A stretch of DNA of 64,000 nt from Mantamonas sphyraenae STR306. Lineage: Eukaryota; Protista; CRuMs. The translations under genes and the position numbers were made by a program. Location of the stretch: NCBI GenBank assembly GCA_026936335.1, contig JAPMXV010000021.1, forward strand, positions 186,512 through 250,511, written 5' to 3'. A model generated the notes under the pieces. The model was not told the origin of the DNA and searched no databases. It saw nothing but the letters and a program-made list of their open reading frames with translations. Numbering within the stretch: position 1 is the first letter of the stretch; each line of letters starts with the position of its first letter. Shown piece after piece: positions 1 to 12,192 of this stretch.

Positions 1-1013
1 GAGCCCCACAGCAACTGCTGCGCGGCGTCGTGCACGTCGTACTCGCCCTCAATCGACACAGACGGCATCAGCCACGACGGCTTGGCCAACGAGTTGCTGG
101 CATACTCCAGCACCGCACTGTGGGCCATGGTGGCCATCAGTCGCTCGAACCGGGTGGCAAACTTGTGCGAAAGCAACGAGAGCAAATCGACAAGCGAGGC
201 CGTGCGGTGCAGCTTGTGGCTCGGGTGTGCACGTGCGTCATACTGCGACGCACTGCTGCGGTTCACGTAGAAGCCCGACGACGTGGCACTGATGTAGTAC
301 GCGTTGTTTTCCAACGTGACACACTCGATGACAAAGTGGTGGCCTCGCAGACGGTCGGCGCTGCTGGGCTGCCAGCCCGAAATAAACAGCCGCTTGACAC
401 AATGACCCAAATCGGCCGCAAACGAACCGGGCCCAGCCTTGTCACTTCCATCCACAAACTGAAGTTGCACAGGCGGCGGGAAGTACGTGCTCAGGGCCCG
501 GGCGGCGCTGATCTTCGGAGCTTTTTCCTCGTTGTCGCCTTCGCGCTCGTGCAGGAACACCTGGTTGACAATGCGAGTGCACATGGACTCGGTGCGCACA
601 CCAATGCCAAAGTGGGCCTGGATGGTGCTGAGGAGGAGCTTGAGGCGTGTGAAATGCGTGATGGCCTCCAGCTGGCTCAACTGGGCCGGCGGCTGCATGT
701 ACAGCTCCAGTGGCCACCCAAGGGTTTCCAGTTCCACCTCGTCGTCCAGACGTGTGTCCTCATGCACCAAGTCGTATCCGACGTAGATGTGTGTGCTGAG
801 GTTGTCTGCCAGCAGTTGCCGCACGTCCTTCACCTGCAGCTGCGAGCTGCTGCCCAGATCCATGTTCAGCGCCTTGGACGGTGCAGGCGGCTGCACAGTC
901 AACACGCGTGACTGCACACCCGTGCTCTCTGTCTCTTGCACCTCGTCGCCCGTCGACGACTCATTCCTGCTGCTCTCTACGCCCACAGGCGACTGTTCGG
1001 CCACGGTGGACAT
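1..1013 (-). CDS. CLU1: Clustered mitochondria protein (CLU1/CLUH) homolog, 5' part; runs off the window
   Basis: Manual translation from ATG 1013 is open to the window edge and contains CVKRLFISGWQP...VIECVTLENNAYYISATSSGFYVNRSS...SLVDLLSLLSHKF, matching the conserved CLU region. It is absent from the ORF track because there is no stop in the window. Confidence 0.75.
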   Translation of the reverse strand, partial: MSTVAEQSPVGVESSRNESSTGDEVQETESTGVQSRVLTVQPPAPSKALNMDLGSSSQLQVKDVRQLLADNLSTHIYVGYDLVHEDTRLDDEVELETLGWPLELYMQPPAQLSQLEAITHFTRLKLLLSTIQAHFGIGVRTESMCTRIVNQVFLHEREGDNEEKAPKISAARALSTYFPPPVQLQFVDGSDKAGPGSFAADLGHCVKRLFISGWQPSSADRLRGHHFVIECVTLENNAYYISATSSGFYVNRSSASQYDARAHPSHKLHRTASLVDLLSLLSHKFATRFERLMATMAHSAVLEYASNSLAKPSWLMPSVSIEGEYDVHDAAQQLLWG

Positions 1014-1148
1014 TTCCGGCGGATTTCCTGATTTTTTGTTGGTTTGTTTGCAGCGAATCCGATTGAATTTCGTTGTCTTTGCTCTCTCTCCCACACACAC
1101 ACTCTGTCTCTCTCTCTCTCTGTGTCTCTCTGTCCCTCATTCACATTC

Positions 1149-4059
1149 TCACAGCAGGGCCAGGGGCCACTTGTCGGTGTCGAGCTTCTCGCCACCGCAG
1201 GCAATGTACTTGCCGCCGTCGACGTAGGCGTCAAACGAGCGCACGAGCTTCTTGGTGTTTGCGTCGTACATCTTCTTGACAGCGCCGGTGAGGAGGCCGA
1301 CCGAGGTGGTGGCCTTGTACTTGAGCTTGTCGTGGTCGGTGATGAGCTTGGGGTTGATGGTGATCTTGGTCCCCTTGTCGTGCTTGTCGCCGTTGCGGAA
1401 CACGTAGATGACGCGTGCCTTCTCCGCCTGTGTGCCAAACTTCTTGATGCTCTTCTTCTTCACGGGGCTCTTGTACTCGTACTTGACCTCGATCTCGTCC
1501 AGCTCCTTGCTCTTGCCCTCCTTCTTCACCAGCTCCTCGCCCACCTTGAGCGCCGCCGGGGACAGCTTGCTAAACACGGGCTTCTCTGGGCCGCAGCACA
1601 CGTACGCCTTGCCGTCCTCCAGGTCCTCAAAGGAACGCACGAGGCTCTCCGACTCGACGCCGTAGATCTTGCGGATGGCCCCGTGAGCAGCTTGACATCG
1701 GCGTTGAGGACGTCCTTGAGCATGGTCATGGTGGTCACACGCTTGGTGTTGAGCGAGTAGCGGAAGCCGCTGTCGTGCTTGTCTGCGTTGCGGAAAAAGT
1801 AGAGGATCTTGGCCTTGCTTGCCTGCGTGCCAAACTTTGTGATTTCCTTCTTTTCCATCGGCGACACATACTTTGCCTTGGTCTTCTTCTTCTTGCCCGC
1901 GTTGGCGGCGGTGACCGAGTCGGTAGCACGGCTGCCCAGGCCACTGGAGCCCGAGCCCGAGGAGGACGTGGTCATCGTCGTCTCCTCCTTCACCTCCACC
2001 TCGTCGTCCTGCAGCGCATGGGGAGACAGCTTGGAAATGTCAAAGGGCTCGCCTCCGCAGGCGACATACTTGCCGTAATCCTCGTAGGCGTCGAGGGAGC
2101 GCACAAGCTTGCCGCTGGTGGTGTAGCACTTCTTCACGGGCCCCGTCTGCATCTTGAGCTTGGTGGTCAGGTGCTGCTTGAGCTGGTCGTGCGTCAGGAT
2201 GTTCTTGGGGTTCAGGGTGATCTTGGTGCCCTTGTCGAACCGGTCCTTGTTCTGGAAAAAGTACAACACCTTGGCCTTGCTCGCCTGCGTGCCAAACTTT
2301 TCGATGGGCTTGCTTTCGATCTTCTTGCGCACCACCTTCTTCTTCTTGCCCGTGCCGCTGCCTGTGCCGCTGCTGCCCTTGCTGCTCACCGACGCATAGT
2401 CGTCCTCCTCCTCGGCCACCAACGCCGCCTCGGGCACCTTGGCCTTGTTGAACTTTTCGCCCGCACACACAATGTACTTGCCGCCGTCCTCGTAGTCGTC
2501 GAGCTTGCGGATCTGGCGTCCTTCCGGCGTGTACACCTTTTGGGCGGCGCCGGTGATGAGGGTGATCTTCGAGTTGAACAGCTGCAGCAGCTGCGAGTGT
2601 GTGAGGATGTTCTTGGTGTTGATGGTCACCTTGGTGCCCTTGTCGTACTTGTCGCCGTTGGCATACACGCGGATGACACGTGCCTTTTCGGCCTGCGTGC
2701 CAAACTTTGTGATCTCCTTCTTTTCCATCGGAGACACATACTTGTGCTTCCTGGCGGGCTTCTCCTCCACAACCTCCTCTTCCTCCTCATCAAAGATGGC
2801 CTTGGCCATGCGCTCGGTGTTGAGTGTCAGCTCGCCACCCACAGCCACGTAGCGGCCCTGGTCGCGGAAGCTGTCCAGGTCACGGATGAGTGTGCCGTCG
2901 GGCAGATACACACGTCGGATGGCACCGGTCAGCGGCTGCACCTTGTCCGTCATGATCTCCTTGAGCTGCAGGGGTGTGCCGGCGGGTGAGCGGGGAGGGG
3001 GTCAGGGTCCATTTTTTCGTGTGTCGTTAAGGCAAACGGAGGGCCCCGAGGAGGTGGAAGCAGGGCCAAGGCGAGGAGGTGCACACGTACCTGGTCCATG
3101 GTGGTGATGCGATCGCGGTTGAGGGTGATCTTGACACCCTTGTGGTGCTTGTCGCCGTTGCGGAAGACGTAAATGACGTTTGCCTTTTCGAGCTGGGATT
3201 CCTCGCCGCCCGAGCTGACGCCGGCAAAGGTGTCGTCGCTGTCCTTGAGCTGGAGATAGCGCGATGCTGCAGTGTGCAGAAGGAGGGGACGTGCGATGTG
3301 AGCGGGTGGCGAGTGAGGATGGGCATTGGCAGGGGCGGAAGGGCCCGAGGAAGAAAGGCCCCGCCAGGAGGTGAAAGAGACCGTTTGGAAATGTGCGGCG
3401 CAAAACCCGCGGGCAGGCAATGGGAAGATGCAGACTGGGGATGGCAGGACGCAACGAGGAGCAGACGAGAGAACTTTGCGTGGCGACATTTGTTGCAGAA
3501 GGAGCATGGAGCCGGACGCGTGTGTGGAGAGGAAAAAGGGAGTGTGCGTAGGAAGCAGCAGCGGCGGATTCGAGGGGAAAAGTGGGGAAGCAACGGTCGA
3601 AAAACGGGAAGGAAGGCTGCGGTGCGTGGGCCTGTACAAGGGGGCCACACAGCCATGCAGTTGCACACACATACCTTTGCTCATGTTGAGGGTCTCGCCC
3701 TCGCAGACAAGCACGTAGTTGTTGTCCTCCTTGAAGCCATCGAGAGAGGAAACGGCCTTGCCCTTGGCGTCATAGATTTTGACGACTTCGCCCGAGAGTC
3801 CTTCGACGGTCTGGGAGAGCTCCTCCTGCAGGTACACGGGGAGAAACAAAGCACAGGAGGTGGCGGCGGGCACGCGATGGGTCAGTGTGCGAATTCACAG
3901 AGGCGATGGGGCCCATGGTGTGGGTGTGGGGAAGAATCAGCGTACCATGAAGCCGACAATGTCCGAGACATAGGTCTTGTTGAGCAGGACCTTTGTGCCC
4001 GGGTCGCTGGGGTCGGCGTTGCGGAACACCGTGCAAACCAAAGTGTTGAGAGTGGACAT
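1149..4059 (-). CDS. Doublecortin (DCX) repeat protein with six DCX domains; 3 introns and one apparent 1-nt deletion at ~1680
   Basis: Six copies of xVFRNGD...G.K..LN.....L....V....GAxRKxY...G..xRSxD.xEDG.KYxxxGGE. Introns at ~3945-3828, ~3674-3269 and ~3090-2968 join in frame. Confidence 0.85.
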
Positions 4060-4162
4060 GGTGAGTGTCGGAGTTGGTTTCTCAAAGGGGTTGTTTTGCG
4101 GCGGCCGGGGCACATCGAATCTCCCGTGGTCATCGCTCCGTGGTTGTCAACCTGCACATAGG

Positions 4163-4408
4163 ATGTCGACTCTGGGTGGCCTGGGCGACCTCAAGGCCAT
4201 GATTGCCAGCGAACGCAAGCGCAAGTTTGCTCGGGTGGCAGAGGACGGGGGGGACGGCAGCAAGAAGAAGAAGTACCTTAGCAAAGCCGAGCGGGAGCAG
4301 TTGATGGAGGAGGCGGAGCGGAAGGAGAAGGAAAAGGAGAGGGAACAACGCGAAAGCAAGCGGCAGAGGGTGGGCGAGGTCGAGGGTGACGGCAGGGGTC
4401 AGATGGAC

Positions 4409-4457
<49 letters not shown>

Positions 4458-5372
4458 GCTCAGGAAGTGGCACCCAGGAGGTGGACGACGAACTAAAGAT
4501 GGAAAAGGAAGAGGTGTTCAAGAGACTGCGAGCACGCGACCAGCCGGTAAGTGTGAAGGACAGGAGGAGGACGACCGGGAGAGAGAGCGAGGCGTGCATT
4601 CCGCAGAGGCTGACGCGTGCGCTTGTGCGTGGACGTGGACGCATGTGGACAGGTGACACTGTTTGGAGAGAGCGACACACAGAGGATAATGCGGTTGCGA
4701 GAGTATGAAAAGAACCACGACCACCACGGCGGGTTCCGGAACGAGTGGGCCGAGGCGATGGCGCGCACACAGGCGGATCTGCTGACGAAAGCGCTGGAGG
4801 GAGACAGCCAGGAGACCAACCGAGAGAAACGAGACAAGCGAAGGCGTGAACTGCTGCTGGCAGAGTATGACATGGCGGCGCTGAAGGCCGAGGAACAGCC
4901 TGTGCCAACGTACATCCGACGCTTCTTCCAGTATCTGCTTGCGCTGTGGAAGCACAGGCTGGACGAGGCGGAGGAGGATGAGAAGCACACAGTGGCATAC
5001 AAGACGGAGCTGGCACAGCAATTTGTGTGCGAAAACAACATGAAGCCGTTCCTGCGACAGCTGAAACGCAACACGCTGCCAGACGACATTGTGGACAAGG
5101 TGTACCAGATCATCGACTGGTGCAAGCAGCGGGAGTATCTCAAGGCACAGCACGTGTACGTAGAACTGGCAGTGGGCAACGCAGCGTGGCCAATGGGCGT
5201 GGGCAGCATGGTGGGCATCCACGCACGCTCTGCACGCGAACGCATTTCCACCTCTGCCCATGTGCTCAACGACGAGACGCAGCGCAAGTACATTCAGGCC
5301 ATCAAGCGTCTCATGAGTGTGTGTCAAAAGTACTTTCCGGGCGATCCCAGCAAATCAATGAGCACGGTGTAA
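4163..5372 (+). CDS. PRP18: Pre-mRNA splicing factor 18
   Basis: VFKRLRARDQP|VTLFGESD (SFM/Prp4-like motif; intron 4547-4652) and the C-terminal GNAAWPMGVGSMVGIHARSARERI...AHVLNDETQRKYIQAIKRLM. Confidence 0.93.
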
Positions 5373-5418
5373 ACGTTGAACTCGCATACCTGCAACATAC
5401 ATTGCTCTGTCTTCTCAC

Positions 5419-6664
5419 TCAGAAGCACACACCGCACCGGAGCTGGGAGCTCAGGGCGGCAAAGACACTCTTGAGGGTGCTGGAGAGCTGGAGAGCGGCG
5501 GGGAACTTGGTCTTGAGGTAACCAGAATGGGCGACAACAAACTCGAGCTGCTGGGCGTGTGCTGTCATTTCGGAAACAAGACGGCAGGTACGCTTGGCAC
5601 CAGAGAGCATGCCATAGGTGGTGTCCACACAGCTGGAGCCCTGCTTGGTGCCGTGGCACTTGAGCAGGGTGCGCAGCTGCTTGCGGGTGGTCTCCACGTG
5701 GTCCATGATGCGGTGCAGACCCGCCAGCATGCCGCGCTTGACAAGGTCCTTCTTGTACATAAAGGACTTGTGCACGGCACGGAAGAGGGGCTTGCTGGCC
5801 GCCTTGGCCTGGGCCAGATGCTTGCACGCCGAATCCGAGCTGTCCAGGATGGGCTCCAGGCACGACCAAGCTTCCTGCGACGGGGTCTGCTGCGGCTGTG
5901 TGTGTACGGCGTGCACGTGTGTGTGCGACAAAGGGTCAGTGGATGGCTGTGACGAGCACACGCAGGGACCAAAGGTCCGGGGAGGGTTTTTTTTTTCGCT
6001 CGCTCCAGAGCAAACTCACCTTGGGCAGGTGGACGCCCATGACCAGATGCGCGTGCGTGTTGCTGGCCACAGGGATCTCTGTGGATGCCTCTTCGGTGAC
6101 GGCATCGGCAACAGCCTCGTGCAGCTCGTCCTGAGGTGCAGCGAGCTGAATTGTGGCGGCCTTTTGGGCCTCGGCCTCCGCGTCGGCATCGACAAAATGC
6201 TGCGTGCTGCGGCCTCCCTGCTGCATGTGGAGAGCCACAAACAGAGAGTGGAAGTCAAAGGCTTGGCCCTCGTCGTCCTCGGCCTCGTCGTCGAGGTCCT
6301 CCAGGTCCGAATCGCTTGCAGGAGAGGCCGTCGAAGCCGCGGCGGCAGCGTCGGGCTGAGCCGGCGCGGCCGTTTCCGCCTTGGCGCTCTTTGCACCAGC
6401 GGCAGCGGCCTGGTCCTCCTGTTTCAGCGCAGCAATCTCCATTTGCATGGTCTGCTGTGCACTTGTGCGCACGTCCGAAAGGCGTTCCTCAATGGTAATT
6501 GAGGAGAGCAGCGAGCGACCCGTAGGCGCTCGCATGCCCTGCTGTTCCCGGCGCTGTCCGTTGATCACCGTCCCGGGGATCACGAACGCCCCCATGATCA
6601 AAATGACCAGGGTGGCTGTTTTGATGGCTGATTGCGCAGTCATCCGCTTTGCGATGGCGGCCAT
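5419..6664 (-). CDS. Hypothetical protein with N-terminal signal/TM segment and Cys-containing helical C-terminal domain (one intron from 6019 to ~5896)
   Basis: Hydrophobic TATLVILIMGAFVIPGTVI near the N-terminus. The AAG|GTGAGT donor and CAG acceptor join ORFs 5936..6664 and 5419..5961 in phase 0. Confidence 0.6.
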
Positions 6665-6788
6665 GGCGCAGGTGGGGTGGGAAAGTGAAAGGCGGCAAGT
6701 CGTTCATTTGTTGTTCAAACCACCAACCACGACACACTTGCGCACAGGCAAACAGGGGTTTTGGGGTAAACACCGCCCCTTTTGGCCA

Positions 6789-8300
6789 TCACCTGTCAGC
6801 GGTGTCTTCATCACGAGAGCGACGGCGTTGGTTGCCTCCAAATCCACGTCCCCCTTGGCCTTGTGCTGTGCCGCCAAAGCCACCTTCGAGCTTGGAGGTG
6901 TCCTCTGCGGCCAAATGGGTCCATTTGGTGGCGCCCTTTTTGCCGATGTCGCGACGTTGGAGGATCTTGGGCAGGACGGAGCGGTCGACGCGATCTTCGC
7001 CCGTGGGAGCGGCCGCATAGAGCTTGGCACGCTGGAGCACGTCGTGGTCTTCGTCCTGGAAGAACACACCTGTGTGATAATACTTTTGCAGAAAGTTACG
7101 CTGTGGTCCACCGTCGTTGGACGCCCGCGCTTGTGCCTCTGCCTCTCGTTTCCTCTGCATGGCCAGGGCGTTGCGTTCGTCCTCAGACATGGCTTCGATG
7201 CGTGCGCGTTCCTCCTCTTCCGCCTCCCTGGCCATGCGTTCCTTGTGATCACGCACCAGCCGTGCCAGCTCGCGTTGACGCCACAGCGCATACTCCTCCT
7301 CCTGGTCCGCCGTCTCGTCGTCATCATCAATGTCCCTTTTGGCCTCTTTCGCTGCCTTTTCACGTGCCTCTGTCCTCAGCATCTCCTCTGCTGCCATCCG
7401 TTGCGACTCCATCGCTCTCGCCTTCCGCTTCTCCTCCTCCGCCACCCTCCTTGCCTCCTCCTCCGCCTCCAATGCCTCTCGTTCCTTCACCGTCTCCCGA
7501 TTGTCCTTGGCCACAAACACGGGTCGCAGCATCACTCGGGCCCGCTCTTCATCCGACGACGACGACTCTTCGTCCTCGTCGTCCGTCTCCCACTCGCTCG
7601 ACGACGAACCCGACGCCTCCTCCGCCTCCGCCTCTGCCCCGTTGCCACGTGACACCACTGCTGCTCCCGCCACTGTGCCTGTGGCCCCACTCGCCTGTGC
7701 CTGTGACCTTGCCGTTTCCGCCGCCTCCATCTGTGCTTTGGCCTGCTGTGCCGCAAGGGCACGCCTTCGTGCCAGCAATGCCGCGTCTTCTTCGTCGCTG
7801 CTGCTATCGTCGCTGCTGTCGTCGTCGTCGTCCCCCTGCACTTGCATCTGGGCTGCCAGGCGTTTGAATCTGCTTTCCGAATCTTCCTCCTGTGTGTGTG
7901 TGTTCTCCTCGCCCCGTTCAGACCCGTCGTTGCCTCCGGTGCTGATGATCGTCGCCTCGGCCACAGCTCTCCGCGTCTGTGCCTGTCCTGCAAACGCCTC
8001 TGAGCCCGCATCCATGTCATTGGCTACTACGCTTGCACCCTGGCCATTGTCCAGCTGTTTCTTGAGAAAGGTGGGCACCACACCGGCGCGGTAGCGCTCT
8101 GCAAAAAGAGCAAGCGAAGCGTGGAGCCATGTGTGTCAGCGCGACGACGACGACGTGTTTCTCTCGACACCCCTCCCTGGGATCACGTTCCACTCACGTG
8201 TCTTTTTGGCCAGCTTCTCCTTCATGCGACCAATGCCCTGTTTCTTGGCCAGCTCCTCATCCTCTTCGGCCTCGCGCTTGAGCGAGTTGACAAAGTCCAT
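6789..8300 (-). CDS. MFAP1: Microfibrillar-associated protein 1 (spliceosomal B-complex protein)
   Basis: LRPVFVAKDNRET, EEEYALWRQRELARL and FLQKYYHTGVFFQD...APTGEDRVDRSVLPKIL...GKKGATKWTHLAAEDT. First exon from ATG 8300, intron ~8197-8099. Confidence 0.92.
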
Positions 8301-8401
8301 GGCGGTGGAAGGCGAGGCTTGCGCTGCCAGTGCCAGCGCATTTGCATTTGGTCCCACACCCACCCCCCCCCCCAATCTCTCTTCCAACACACACCCAATC
8401 C

Positions 8402-10351
8402 ATGTCCAGCACGAAACGAGAGCGCGACACAGACGACGGCGACGGGTTGGCCGACGAGTCTCGGCAGCAGCTGCAGCAACAAGACACAAAGCGCAGCAAG
8501 CCCAGCTCACTGGCCGATCTGCGCATTCGCACAAAACGCAGGCCAACAGGCGGCGCATCGTCCTCCTTGTCGTCCACCGCCTCTGTCAAGGTGGAAGCAC
8601 ACACAGACATGGCGCAGCATTCGGGAAGAGAGCAGGGAAGCTCGACGACGCACGGCAGCCAGGGCAGCAGGGCTCCCAAACCTGAGCCGACTCTGGAGGG
8701 GCACGGGAGGGCCACACGAGACAACACAAGTGCTGGGGCCGGTGTGGACACAGGTCATATGTCCAGGGAGGGCGCAGGGAAGGGTAGGCGGGCTCCGTCG
8801 GTGCATGGCGGAGACGGGGAAAGGTACGCGGAGCACACGGAGGCGTATCACGAGTGGAATGGCCACGAAGAGGAGATCCACGACGCATTGCTGGAGTGGT
8901 ACGACACACACAAACGCTCCATGCCATGGCGAGATGCAAGTGAACAGGTGCGCAGCCGACAGCTGTCGCCAGAGGAGCTCAACCAGGTTGCCTACGCTGT
9001 GTGGGTGTCTGAAATCATGCTTCAACAGACCCAAGTGGCCACTGTCATTGACTACCACAAACGCTGGATGCAGCGCTTTCCTACGGTGAGCGATCTGGCA
9101 GCGGCGGAGTTGGAACAGGTCAACGAGATCTGGTCGGGACTGGGCTACTACCGACGCGCAAAGTACCTCCACCAGGGGGCCCAGTATGTGATCGAACAAT
9201 TGGGCGGCACATTCCCCAACACGGCAGAGGGGCTGAAGCAGATCCCGGGCGTGGGAGACTACACCGCGGGGGCCATCGCCTCGATTGTGTTTGAACAGAG
9301 CACACCCGTGGTGGATGGCAATGTCATTCGTGTGTTTTCTCGCATGCGATCGTTGGGCGTGGACACAAAGGCCAGCAGCAGCACAAAGCTCTTCTGGCGA
9401 CTGGCTGGCAATCTGGTTCCCCGCAAGCGTCCGGGCTGCTTCAACCAGGCCCTCATGGAGCTGGGGGCCACCGTATGCACTCCTAACAATCCGCAGTGTG
9501 ACGTGTGTCCTGTGTCGCAGCACTGCACAGCGTACAGCGAGGCGCATGAGAAACAACAGCAACAAACCATCACATCCAGCTGCAGTCTGTGCCTGCCAGA
9601 CATGCTCTACCCAACACCCGACGTGACAAAGTACCCGCTCAAGGCCAAAAAGACCAAGCAGAAACAGGACCTGACGGTGGTGGCGCTGGTGGAGGTGCAC
9701 TTTGGCACCAAGCAACAGCGGCTGCTGTGTGAAAAGAGGCCTGAAGATGGATTGCTGGCAGGTCTGTGGCAGTTTCCCCAACGTAGCGTGAGTGAAGACG
9801 AGGCTGCACAGCTGAGCGTGGCCGATGCCAATGTCGACAAGCTGTCGAAACGCATTGCGCTGGATTACATTGAGGACACGCTGAAGCTGGACACAGCAGG
9901 CGTGTCTGTGCAATGCACCTACCTGGGGACCGTGTCCCACTTGTTCTCGCACATCCGTCAAACGATGTTTGTACAGCGAGTGGTGCTGCCGCTGCAGGTC
10001 GGCGACGAAACGCCCGCGCTCGACGCCTCGGAACCAGCCACCCAATGGGTCAAACACACAGACCTGGGCGACATGGGCGTCAGCAAGACGGTGCACAAAT
10101 GCTGGACTCTGCGTGAAAAGATCCTCAACGGGAAAAAGGTGGTGACACGAATCAACACCGGAGCGGGCAACACAAGCAGCAGCAGCAGCAGCAGCAGCAG
10201 TGCATCGTCCAGCACCACCAAAGGAGGTGGAAAGCAGCGTGCGTCAGGTGGGAAGCAGAAGCGACTCATGCCCGTGTTTGAGGTGAACGACGAGGTGGAG
10301 ATTGTCAAAACGAAGAAGAAGCAATCGTCACTTGACGCATGGATGGGATGA
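8402..10351 (+). CDS. MUTYH: A/G-specific adenine DNA glycosylase MutY/MUTYH
   Basis: VWVSEIMLQQTQVATVIDY, WSGLGYYRRA, HhH IPGVGDYTAGAIASI, VDGNVIRV, FeS motif CTPNNPQCDVCPVSQHC, NUDIX-like KRPEDGLLAGLWQFP, HLFSHI, and C-terminal PIP-like QSSLDAW. Confidence 0.96.
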   Translation: MSSTKRERDTDDGDGLADESRQQLQQQDTKRSKPSSLADLRIRTKRRPTGGASSSLSSTASVKVEAHTDMAQHSGREQGSSTTHGSQGSRAPKPEPTLEGHGRATRDNTSAGAGVDTGHMSREGAGKGRRAPSVHGGDGERYAEHTEAYHEWNGHEEEIHDALLEWYDTHKRSMPWRDASEQVRSRQLSPEELNQVAYAVWVSEIMLQQTQVATVIDYHKRWMQRFPTVSDLAAAELEQVNEIWSGLGYYRRAKYLHQGAQYVIEQLGGTFPNTAEGLKQIPGVGDYTAGAIASIVFEQSTPVVDGNVIRVFSRMRSLGVDTKASSSTKLFWRLAGNLVPRKRPGCFNQALMELGATVCTPNNPQCDVCPVSQHCTAYSEAHEKQQQQTITSSCSLCLPDMLYPTPDVTKYPLKAKKTKQKQDLTVVALVEVHFGTKQQRLLCEKRPEDGLLAGLWQFPQRSVSEDEAAQLSVADANVDKLSKRIALDYIEDTLKLDTAGVSVQCTYLGTVSHLFSHIRQTMFVQRVVLPLQVGDETPALDASEPATQWVKHTDLGDMGVSKTVHKCWTLREKILNGKKVVTRINTGAGNTSSSSSSSSSASSSTTKGGGKQRASGGKQKRLMPVFEVNDEVEIVKTKKKQSSLDAWMG

Positions 10352-10407
10352 TGAGAAAGGAGGAGAGAGAGAGAAAAAGAAAAAGAAAGAGACAGTTCAC
10401 TCTGTGC

Positions 10408-12129
10408 TTATGCCCAGTCGTACAGTTCCTCGCCCTTGTCGTTGACACAGATAAAGGCCGGGAAGTTCTCGACCTCAATGCGCCAGACACTCTCCATGCC
10501 CAACTCGGGGTAGTCCAGCACATCCATCTTCTTGATGCAGTTCTTGGCGAGGATGGCCGCGGGTCCACCGATGGAACCGAGGTAGAAGCCACCATGCTTC
10601 TTGCAGGCACGAGTCACCTGGCGCGAGCGGTTGCCCTTGGCCAGGGTAATCATGGAGGCCTTCTCGGTCATAAACTGGTCCACGTAGCTGTCCATACGGC
10701 CTGCAGTGGTGGGTCCAAAGCTGCCGCTGGCGTAGGTGGTGCCATCGTCCTCCTTGGCTGGGGTCTTGGCTGGGCCGGCGTAGTAGATGATGTGGTTCTT
10801 GACATAGTCGGGCAGACCCTCGCCACTCTCCAGGCGTTCGCGCAGCTTGGCGTGTGCAATGTCACGTGCCACAATCATGGTGCCAGTGAGGGACAGACGC
10901 GTCTTGACCGGATACTGGGACAGCTTGGCCAGCAGCTCGGGCATGGGCTTGTTCAGGTCCACCTGCACCACATCCGTGCTGAGCTTGTCCTCAGTCATCT
11001 CTGGCAGATACTTGGCCGGGTCCGTTTCCAACTTTTCGATAAAGACGCCGTCCTCAGTGATCTTGGCCTTGGCCTGACGGTCTGCACTGCAGCTCACACC
11101 AATGCCCACGGGACAAGAGGCGCCGTGGCGAGGCAAACGCACCACACGCACGTCGTGGCAAAAGTAGCGTCCGCCAAACTGAGCGCCGATGCCGCTCTCG
11201 CGCGTAATCTCCATGATCTTGTCCTCCCACTCCAGGTCACGGTAGGCCTGGCCATACTCGCCTCCCACAGTGGGCAGATTGTCGTAGTATTTGGTGCTGG
11301 CCATCTTGACGGTCTTGAGGTTCATCTCTGCAGAGGTGCCGCCGACGACCACAGCAAGGTGGTAGGGTGGGCAGGCGGCGGTGCCAACGGACTTGATCTT
11401 TTCCGCCACAAACTTGGACAGGCTGTCCGGGTTCAGCAGGGCCTTGGTCTCCTGGTAGAGGAAGGTCTTGTTGGCCGAGCCGCCGCCCTTGGCAATAAAG
11501 AGAAAGTCGTACTGGTTGCCGCGGGTGGCGTAGAGATCGATTTGCGCGGGCAGGTTGTTGCCCGTGTTTTTCTCCTCAAACATGTTGAGGGGCGTCATCT
11601 GGGAGTAGCGCAGGTTGGTGCCTGTGTACGTGTTGTACACACCCAACGAGAGGGCACTTTCGTCCGTCTGCACGTCCTGCTGTGTCCACACGTACTCGCC
11701 CTTCTTGCCCATGACAATGGCCGTGCCGGTGTCCTGGCATCCGGGAAGCACCATGCCCGCTGCAATGTTTGCGTTCTTCAGCAACTCCAACGCCACAAAG
11801 CGGTCGTTGTCGCTGGCCAACGGGTCGTCGAGGATGTTGCGCAGGGACTGGAGATGCGAGGGACGCAGCAGATGGGCAATGTCCCGCATGGCTGTCTGCG
11901 ACAGCAGTGTCAGCGCCTCTGGCTGCACCTGCAAGATCTTGCGACCTGCCACCTCCACCGTCTCCACGTAGTCCTTTGTCAGCAGACGGTACTCCGTGGT
12001 CGTGTCCGGTTCCAGGTCAAACATGGGGCGGTAGGCAAACTCGGCCATTCCACGCGTGGTTGTGGCTCCCACCACGACTGACGCGGTGCTTGCCAGATGG
12101 CTCTTGGCTGTGCTTGCTCGGGAAAACAT
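10408..12129 (-). CDS. Class I (Fe-S) fumarate hydratase, probably mitochondrial
   Basis: [59 protein letters not shown]; Ser/Arg/Ala-rich presequence-like N-terminus. Confidence 0.95.
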   Translation of the reverse strand: MFSRASTAKSHLASTASVVVGATTTRGMAEFAYRPMFDLEPDTTTEYRLLTKDYVETVEVAGRKILQVQPEALTLLSQTAMRDIAHLLRPSHLQSLRNILDDPLASDNDRFVALELLKNANIAAGMVLPGCQDTGTAIVMGKKGEYVWTQQDVQTDESALSLGVYNTYTGTNLRYSQMTPLNMFEEKNTGNNLPAQIDLYATRGNQYDFLFIAKGGGSANKTFLYQETKALLNPDSLSKFVAEKIKSVGTAACPPYHLAVVVGGTSAEMNLKTVKMASTKYYDNLPTVGGEYGQAYRDLEWEDKIMEITRESGIGAQFGGRYFCHDVRVVRLPRHGASCPVGIGVSCSADRQAKAKITEDGVFIEKLETDPAKYLPEMTEDKLSTDVVQVDLNKPMPELLAKLSQYPVKTRLSLTGTMIVARDIAHAKLRERLESGEGLPDYVKNHIIYYAGPAKTPAKEDDGTTYASGSFGPTTAGRMDSYVDQFMTEKASMITLAKGNRSRQVTRACKKHGGFYLGSIGGPAAILAKNCIKKMDVLDYPELGMESVWRIEVENFPAFICVNDKGEELYDWA

Positions 12130-12192
12130 GGCGTGCGTTTGTTTCTCGCTTTGTTTGCGTGGGTTGTGCTGTGCGGAGGGTTTTGCCGAATT

